Shown here piece by piece: positions 59,001 through 64,000 of a DNA stretch of 64,000 bases (position 1 is the first letter of the stretch; every line of letters begins with the position of its first letter). The DNA comes from an uncultured Bacteroidales bacterium (lineage in GTDB: Bacteria > Bacteroidota > Bacteroidia > Bacteroidales > GCA-2748055): positions 65,297 through 129,296 of the forward strand of contig CAVWDQ010000006.1 of NCBI GenBank assembly GCA_963753765.1, written 5' to 3'. Made by a program: the position numbers and the translations under genes. The notes under the pieces are model-generated. The model did no database searches. It saw nothing but the letters and a program-made list of their open reading frames with translations, and was not told the origin of the DNA.

Positions 59001-59354
59001 GTCGTGCTGACCAATGATGGGTCTGGCTCCTTTCAGGTTCATCCTCTCCCGTTGGAAAGTCAGCTATTTCCTGTTTATGCCATCATCACGGGAGATTTCG
59101 ATCAGGATGGACTTGGTGATATTCTTCTGGGCGGTAATCTGAGCCGGACCAAACCTGAAACAGGGATTTACTGTGCCGGGTACGGTTTATTCCTGAAAGG
59201 AAAAGGGTCTGGAGATTGGGCTGCTGTTCCTGCCGATAGTTCCGGATTCTTCACAAAGGGAGAAATTCGTGATTTTGAAATGATAAAAATTAATGGAAAG
59301 CAAGTGATTTCTGTTGCGAGAAACAATCAGAATTTACACTTTTACACTTTCTGA
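56018..59354 (+). pseudogene. FG-GAP/VCBS-repeat ASPIC/UnbV (CRTAC1-like) lipoprotein, paralogue 1, three frameshifts
   Basis: Fragments are 56018-56110 (MFSKQIKLL...), 56137-56343, 56174-57511 and 57417-59354. The breaks lie near 56067, in the G5 run 56325-56329 (correction gives NQGNFRFEDITEEAG) and in TT 57495-57496 (correction gives DGDLDLVINNVNMPPFIYRNN). It has repeated DxDGDGxxD FG-GAP Ca-binding motifs and an UnbV block (IGAAASLYYDGTKSYQELIPMRGFKS...ISWPDGS). Confidence 0.8.
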
Positions 59355-59367
59355 ATTTGGAATAAGA

Positions 59368-59967
59368 ATGGATAGGATGAATAGGATGAAATGGATGGTG
59401 CTGGTCGTCATGGCGACACTGATTGTGGGAGGATGCTCACCGGGAAAAACATACGAACGCAGGTTAAACAGGGAGCTGGCCAGCGGAGTCAGGTACGATT
59501 CCCTGTTTATGGGAATTTCGTTCGGGATGAGCTCAGAAGAGTTCTATGACGTTTGCTGGGGTTTGAACAGGGACAGTTTAGTTAAACAGGGATCCGCCAA
59601 CATGAGCGTTCAATACGATATAAATGAAGAATTGGCCTATCCGGCTACTATGAACTTCTACCCCGTTTTCTGGGAGAACCATATCGTTGAAATGCCGGTA
59701 CGTTTTATCTACAATGGCTGGGCTCCCTGGAACAAAGAGCTTTCAGCAAGTTCGCTGGCACTGGATGTGAAAGACTGGTACGAAGATATCTATGGCAAAG
59801 GATTTATTACCGTAAGCCACCCCATGAACGGTGATGCATATACCAAGATTGATGGAAACAGGAGGATCACCATTTACGTGGAGAACGACCTGTACGTCTG
59901 GGCCATATTTACCGATATGCTCCATAAAATGGAGAGTGATACGCTTTCAGCTGAAGTACAGAACTGA
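59368..59967 (+). CDS. Hypothetical lipoprotein
   Basis: MDRMNRMKWMVLVVMATLIVGGCSPGK gives a signal peptide plus lipobox. I recognise no family. It is sandwiched between VCBS paralogues 1 and 2. Confidence 0.5.
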   Translation: MDRMNRMKWMVLVVMATLIVGGCSPGKTYERRLNRELASGVRYDSLFMGISFGMSSEEFYDVCWGLNRDSLVKQGSANMSVQYDINEELAYPATMNFYPVFWENHIVEMPVRFIYNGWAPWNKELSASSLALDVKDWYEDIYGKGFITVSHPMNGDAYTKIDGNRRITIYVENDLYVWAIFTDMLHKMESDTLSAEVQN

Positions 59968-60008
59968 TATTCCAATGAAAATCCTGCTCACAAAAATCAC
60001 TCCCCGGT

Positions 60009-63000
60009 TTGCTTCTGGTGCCGGCTCTTCTGCTTAGCCTCTCCTGCGGCCGGAAAGTGGAACCAGGGTCTGAAGATCAACTCTTTACCCTGATGCCCGA
60101 ATCCTATACAGGGGCCGGATTTGTGAACCACCTGGACTATGATGAGCAGTTAAAGAAGAAATTCAATATTTACACCTACCGGAATTTCTACAATGGAGGA
60201 GGTGTGGCCCTGGGAGACATAAATCAAGATGGGCTCATAGACATTTTTCTTACCTCCAATATGGGACCCAATGTGCTCTACCTGAATAAGGGGGATCTCA
60301 AATTTGAGGATATCTCCGGGCAGGCCGGCATAAGCGGCCATGGAGAATGGTCCACAGGTGCCAGCCTGGCCGATGTGAATGGGGACGGGTGGACCGATAT
60401 TTACGTTTGTAATTCTGGAAATGTGGAGGGCGATGAGCGGCACAATGAGCTCTATATCAACAATGGGGACCTCACTTTTACAGAAAGCGCCGCTGAGTAT
60501 GGAATCGATGACCGGGGCTACTCCACCCACGGGGCCTTCTTCGATTATGACAGGGACGGGGACCTGGATCTCTATCTGCTGAATAACTCCTTCAAAGCCA
60601 TCGGAAGTTTTGACCAGAACGAGAGCCAGCGCCTGGTAAGAGATACCATCGGGGGTGATAAGCTGTTCCGGAACGATGATAATCATTTTACGGATGTAAG
60701 TGAAGCAGCAGGGATCTATACCAGCCTCATTGGATTCGGACTGGGGGTGACCGTTGGAGATATCGATCAGGATGGCTGGATGGACATCTACATTTCCAAT
60801 GACTTTTTTGAGCGGGACTATATTTATATGAACAATGGTGACGGAACCTTCCGGGAAACTCTCACTGAAATGATGCCCTGCATCTCTGCCGCATCCATGG
60901 GTGCCGATATGGCCGATCTTAATAACGATCACTACCCGGAGATCTTTGTAACCGATATGATCCCGGAGCATGATGCCAGGCTTAAAACCAAAACCACCTT
61001 CGATAGCTGGGACTCTTATAAGTCCAATTACGAAAACGGATACCATCACCAGTTTACCAGGAACATGCTGCAGCTGAACAATACCGATGGTACCTTCAGC
61101 GAAATTGGGCGGCTTGCAGGTGTTTATGCCACCGATTGGTCCTGGGGTGCCCTGATCATGGACCTGGATAACGATGGTTTGAAAGATATTTTTGTGGCCA
61201 ACGGGATCTACCAGGATCTGACCGACCAGGACTATATCCAGTACTTTTCCAATCGCGATATGGTGGCATCCATTATTTCAGGGAACAATGTGGACTACAA
61301 AACCCTGATCGATGCCATTCCCTCGGTAAAGCTTCCCAGTTATGCCTTCAAGAACATGGGGGGATACCAGTTCGAGAACAGGGCCCTTCCCTGGGGACTG
61401 GCCGAACCCAGCCACTCCAACGGCTCTGCTTACGGGGATCTGGACAATGATGGGGACCTGGACCTGGTGGTAAACAATGTAAACATGCCCATGTTCCTCT
61501 ACCGTAACGAAACCAGCGGAAAGCTACCCGACCATCACTATCTGAAGGTAATCCTGAAAGGTAAAGGGGCTAATACCGATGCCATTGGAAGCAAGGTTAC
61601 TGCCAGGCACCAGGGCCAGTCTTTCTACCTGGAACAAATGCCAATGCGCGGATTCAAATCAACCATGGACCCCCGCCCCAACCTGGGGGTGGGATCACTC
61701 ACCGTGGTCGATTCGCTGATTGTCCAGTGGCCCGACGGGACATATACCTTAATGAGAGATGTTCCCACCGACCAGACGCTCACCCTCTACCAGGAAGATG
61801 GGCTGCCCTCCCCTCCTCTCCAGGCAGGTAAAGAAGAGCAGGCAGCTTTTTGGTTCAATGAGATCACCGCTGACATATCTGTTGACTTCATTCACCGGGA
61901 GAATGATTATGATGATTTTCGCAGGGAAAGACTAATATACCAGATGCTGTCCACCGAAGGGCCACGCAGCGCTGTGGGGGATGTGAACGGGGATGGATTG
62001 GAAGACTTTTACATGGGAGGTGCCAGGGCCCAGGCTGGCAGGCTCCTTATCCAGCAGAAGGACGGTTCTTTTACCGGCTCCAATGAGCAGCTCTTTGAAA
62101 AAGACAAAGATGCTGAGGATACGGATTGTGCCCTTTTTGATGCAGATGGGGATGGCGACCTGGACCTCTATGTGGCCAGCGGGGGAAATGAATTCTCCAG
62201 TTCTTCGTCATCGCTTTCCGATCGCCTGTACCTGAACAATGGACGCGGACTTTACTCCAGGTCCACCCAGGTCCTTCCCGCCGGGCGCTATGAAAGTACC
62301 GCGTGTGTACGTGCGGCAGATTTTGATAAGGATGGTATTATGGAGCTTTTCGTTGGGATTCGCCTGCTTCCTTTCCTCTACGGGGTGCCTGTCAATGGCT
62401 ACCTGCTGGAAAATGACGGACAGGGACATTTTACCAATGTGACTGAGCAGCTTGCACCTGAACTGAAAGAAGTGGGGATGCTTCGCGATATGCAATGGGA
62501 AGATGTGGATGGTGACGGGGACCTGGATATGATCCTGGCGGGCGACTGGATGCCGGTGAAAATATTTTTGAATGAGAATGGAAGCTTCAGGGAAAACAAG
62601 GAGGCCTTTGGATCTTCTCAGACCACCGGCTGGTGGAACTGTATAGCCACAGGAGATTTTGACGGCGACGGAGATATTGATTTTGTTGCCGGGAACCACG
62701 GTCTTAACTCACGCTTCAAGGCAAGTGAAGAGCGGCCGGTCACCATGTATATAAACGATTTTGATCTGAATGGATCAGCCGAACAGGTCATCTGTGTCTA
62801 TGAGGGGGACAGCGCCTACCCCATGGCATTGAAACACGATCTGACCCGTCAGATTCCGGTTTTGCTAAAAAAGTATCCCAGATACGAGCTATACAAAGAA
62901 CAGACCATCACCGATATTTTTGCACCCGAACAGCTGGCCAATGCCATTAAGCTGGATGTTGCCCAGCTGGAATCTGCTTTGTTCTTCAATGATGGTTCGG

Positions 63001-63338
63001 GTCATTTTAGCATGCTAAATCTTCCGGTTGAGATCCAGTTCTCCACGATGATGGCAGCTGAGACAGGTGATTTCAACGGGGATGGCAAAGTCGACATCCT
63101 GCTGGGGGGCAATCTCTATCATGTTAAGCCGGAGGTGGGACGTTACGATGCCAGTTACGGACATCTCCTGGAAGGAGACGGAGCAGGAGGGTTCCGGGTG
63201 ATTCCTCCGAGCTCTTCCGGCTTTAAACTGGAAGGAGAGATCAGGGACATACAGGCCATCGAAACTCCCTCCGGTAAAATGCTGCTGATTGCACGCAGTA
63301 ACGATCGGCCACAGCTTTTCAGGGTACAGAAACAATGA
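60009..63338 (+). CDS. FG-GAP/VCBS-repeat ASPIC/UnbV (CRTAC1-like) lipoprotein, paralogue 2 (intact, 1109 aa)
   Basis: It has a lipobox (LLLSLSC). There are two propeller-like halves rich in VNGDGWTDIY / DYDRDGDLDLYLLNN / DLDNDGDLDLVVNN motifs. They are separated by an UnbV/ASPIC block (IGSKVTARHQGQSFYLEQMPMRGFKS...VQWPDGT). The track start is TTG at 60009. An ATG at 59975 (MKILLTKITP) is out of frame by one base, next to a C4 run. Confidence 0.85.
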   Translation: MLLVPALLLSLSCGRKVEPGSEDQLFTLMPESYTGAGFVNHLDYDEQLKKKFNIYTYRNFYNGGGVALGDINQDGLIDIFLTSNMGPNVLYLNKGDLKFEDISGQAGISGHGEWSTGASLADVNGDGWTDIYVCNSGNVEGDERHNELYINNGDLTFTESAAEYGIDDRGYSTHGAFFDYDRDGDLDLYLLNNSFKAIGSFDQNESQRLVRDTIGGDKLFRNDDNHFTDVSEAAGIYTSLIGFGLGVTVGDIDQDGWMDIYISNDFFERDYIYMNNGDGTFRETLTEMMPCISAASMGADMADLNNDHYPEIFVTDMIPEHDARLKTKTTFDSWDSYKSNYENGYHHQFTRNMLQLNNTDGTFSEIGRLAGVYATDWSWGALIMDLDNDGLKDIFVANGIYQDLTDQDYIQYFSNRDMVASIISGNNVDYKTLIDAIPSVKLPSYAFKNMGGYQFENRALPWGLAEPSHSNGSAYGDLDNDGDLDLVVNNVNMPMFLYRNETSGKLPDHHYLKVILKGKGANTDAIGSKVTARHQGQSFYLEQMPMRGFKSTMDPRPNLGVGSLTVVDSLIVQWPDGTYTLMRDVPTDQTLTLYQEDGLPSPPLQAGKEEQAAFWFNEITADISVDFIHRENDYDDFRRERLIYQMLSTEGPRSAVGDVNGDGLEDFYMGGARAQAGRLLIQQKDGSFTGSNEQLFEKDKDAEDTDCALFDADGDGDLDLYVASGGNEFSSSSSSLSDRLYLNNGRGLYSRSTQVLPAGRYESTACVRAADFDKDGIMELFVGIRLLPFLYGVPVNGYLLENDGQGHFTNVTEQLAPELKEVGMLRDMQWEDVDGDGDLDMILAGDWMPVKIFLNENGSFRENKEAFGSSQTTGWWNCIATGDFDGDGDIDFVAGNHGLNSRFKASEERPVTMYINDFDLNGSAEQVICVYEGDSAYPMALKHDLTRQIPVLLKKYPRYELYKEQTITDIFAPEQLANAIKLDVAQLESALFFNDGSGHFSMLNLPVEIQFSTMMAAETGDFNGDGKVDILLGGNLYHVKPEVGRYDASYGHLLEGDGAGGFRVIPPSSSGFKLEGEIRDIQAIETPSGKMLLIARSNDRPQLFRVQKQ

Positions 63339-64000
63339 TAATGAGAAAAACAGTATATACCTTTTTGCTTCTTTCACTGGCACTTTCATGTAAGCGCAAT
63401 GAAGGGAATACACTTTTTACTGCCCTCCCCGCCTCTTACACAGGCATCGATTTTGAGAACCGGCTTACAGAAAGCGAAGCTTTTAACATCATCGAATACC
63501 TCTATTTTAACAATGGTGCAGGAGTTGCCGCCGGCGATATTAATAAGGACGGACTGATGGATCTGTATTTCGCATCCAATCAGACCGGGAACAAGCTCTA
63601 TTTGAATAAAGGAGATCTGAAGTTTGAAGATATTACTGAAGAATCGGGGGTGAAGGGATCGGGCGACTGGAACACCGGGGTTACCATGGCCGATGTGAAC
63701 GGGGACGGATTCCTGGATATTCATGTTTGTAATGTGGGAGACTATAAGGGACTTAAAGGGCACAACCAGCTCTTTATCAACCAGGGCGACCTTAGTTTCA
63801 CCGAGGAATCTGCAGCATACGGACTGGATTTCACCGGTTTTTCAACACAGGCTGCCTTCTTCGATTATGACCTGGACGGGGACCTGGATATGTATTTACT
63901 GAATCACTCGGTACACACTTCCCGTTCATATGGCATGTCCGACCTGCGTAATGAGGTGGATGTACGGGCCGGAGACCGGCTATTCAGGAATGATATCACC
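63335..64000 (+). CDS. FG-GAP/VCBS-repeat ASPIC/UnbV-like lipoprotein, paralogue 3 (5' part; runs off the window)
   Basis: Absent from the track because it is open at 64000. The ATG at 63335 overlaps the paralogue 2 stop (ATGA). The translation is MIMRKTVYTFLLLSLALSCKRNEGNTLFTALPASYTGIDFENRL...INKDGLMDLYF...VNGDGFLDIHVCN...DYDLDGDLDMYLLNH. Confidence 0.8.
   Translation, partial: MIMRKTVYTFLLLSLALSCKRNEGNTLFTALPASYTGIDFENRLTESEAFNIIEYLYFNNGAGVAAGDINKDGLMDLYFASNQTGNKLYLNKGDLKFEDITEESGVKGSGDWNTGVTMADVNGDGFLDIHVCNVGDYKGLKGHNQLFINQGDLSFTEESAAYGLDFTGFSTQAAFFDYDLDGDLDMYLLNHSVHTSRSYGMSDLRNEVDVRAGDRLFRNDIT

Noticed and set aside
1-64000. A search by eye for CRISPR arrays, tRNA/rRNA genes, IS elements, integrases, phage genes and toxin-antitoxin or known defence-system genes.
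   Set aside because: None was found. Intergenic spacers are short (the longest are about 250, 200 and 176 nt). They contain only promoter-like, hairpin or short-motif sequences, with no direct-repeat/spacer periodicity.

Overview
This is a 64-kb chromosomal segment that looks like Bacteroidota. Supporting signs are a SusC/SusD pair, a T9SS C-terminal sorting domain, many lipoprotein and Tat leaders, TAnnTTTG-type -7 boxes and no Shine-Dalgarno sites. All product names come from motif-level reading of the translations; no database search was possible.

Content from left to right:
- hypF (5' part) plus a Crp/Fnr regulator.
- A secreted CotH-like protein converging on a VTC-domain / DUF4956 / DUF2490-like unit.
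- Two Fe-S proteins, an MscS channel, a GH51 arabinofuranosidase, a ChaN-like lipoprotein, a KefF/KefC-type K+ efflux pair, an M14 peptidase and an aldehyde dehydrogenase.
- A textbook beta-mannan operon (GH26, Na+/solute symporter, 2-epimerase, GH130 phosphorylase) facing a GH94 phosphorylase.
- An island of exported redox/sugar enzymes: three Tat-signal Gfo/Idh/MocA proteins, two to three xylose-isomerase-like TIM barrels, GH5, an S9 peptidase and a thioredoxin-like protein.
- A long-form nagB.
- A GMC flavoprotein and Tat small subunit joined to an unusual nine-haem NapC/NrfH-like cytochrome.
- A tightly packed six-gene operon of unknown role: AsnB-like PP-loop enzyme, radical SAM, Asp racemase, DmpA-like peptidase, URO-D-like protein, creatininase-like protein.
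- A SusC/SusD pair, then three tandem ~1100-aa FG-GAP/VCBS ASPIC-UnbV lipoproteins.

I found no rRNA, tRNA, CRISPR array or mobile element.

At least 14 genes are interrupted by frameshifts. Every junction I could reconstruct lies in a short mononucleotide run (2-6 nt), so these look like sequencing artefacts. The 'pseudogene' labels below are therefore provisional.

The most interesting candidates are the AsnB-like/radical-SAM operon, the flavoprotein-multihaem dehydrogenase, the Tat-exported oxidoreductase island, the CotH/VTC module and a recurring ACTAAC leader repeat.
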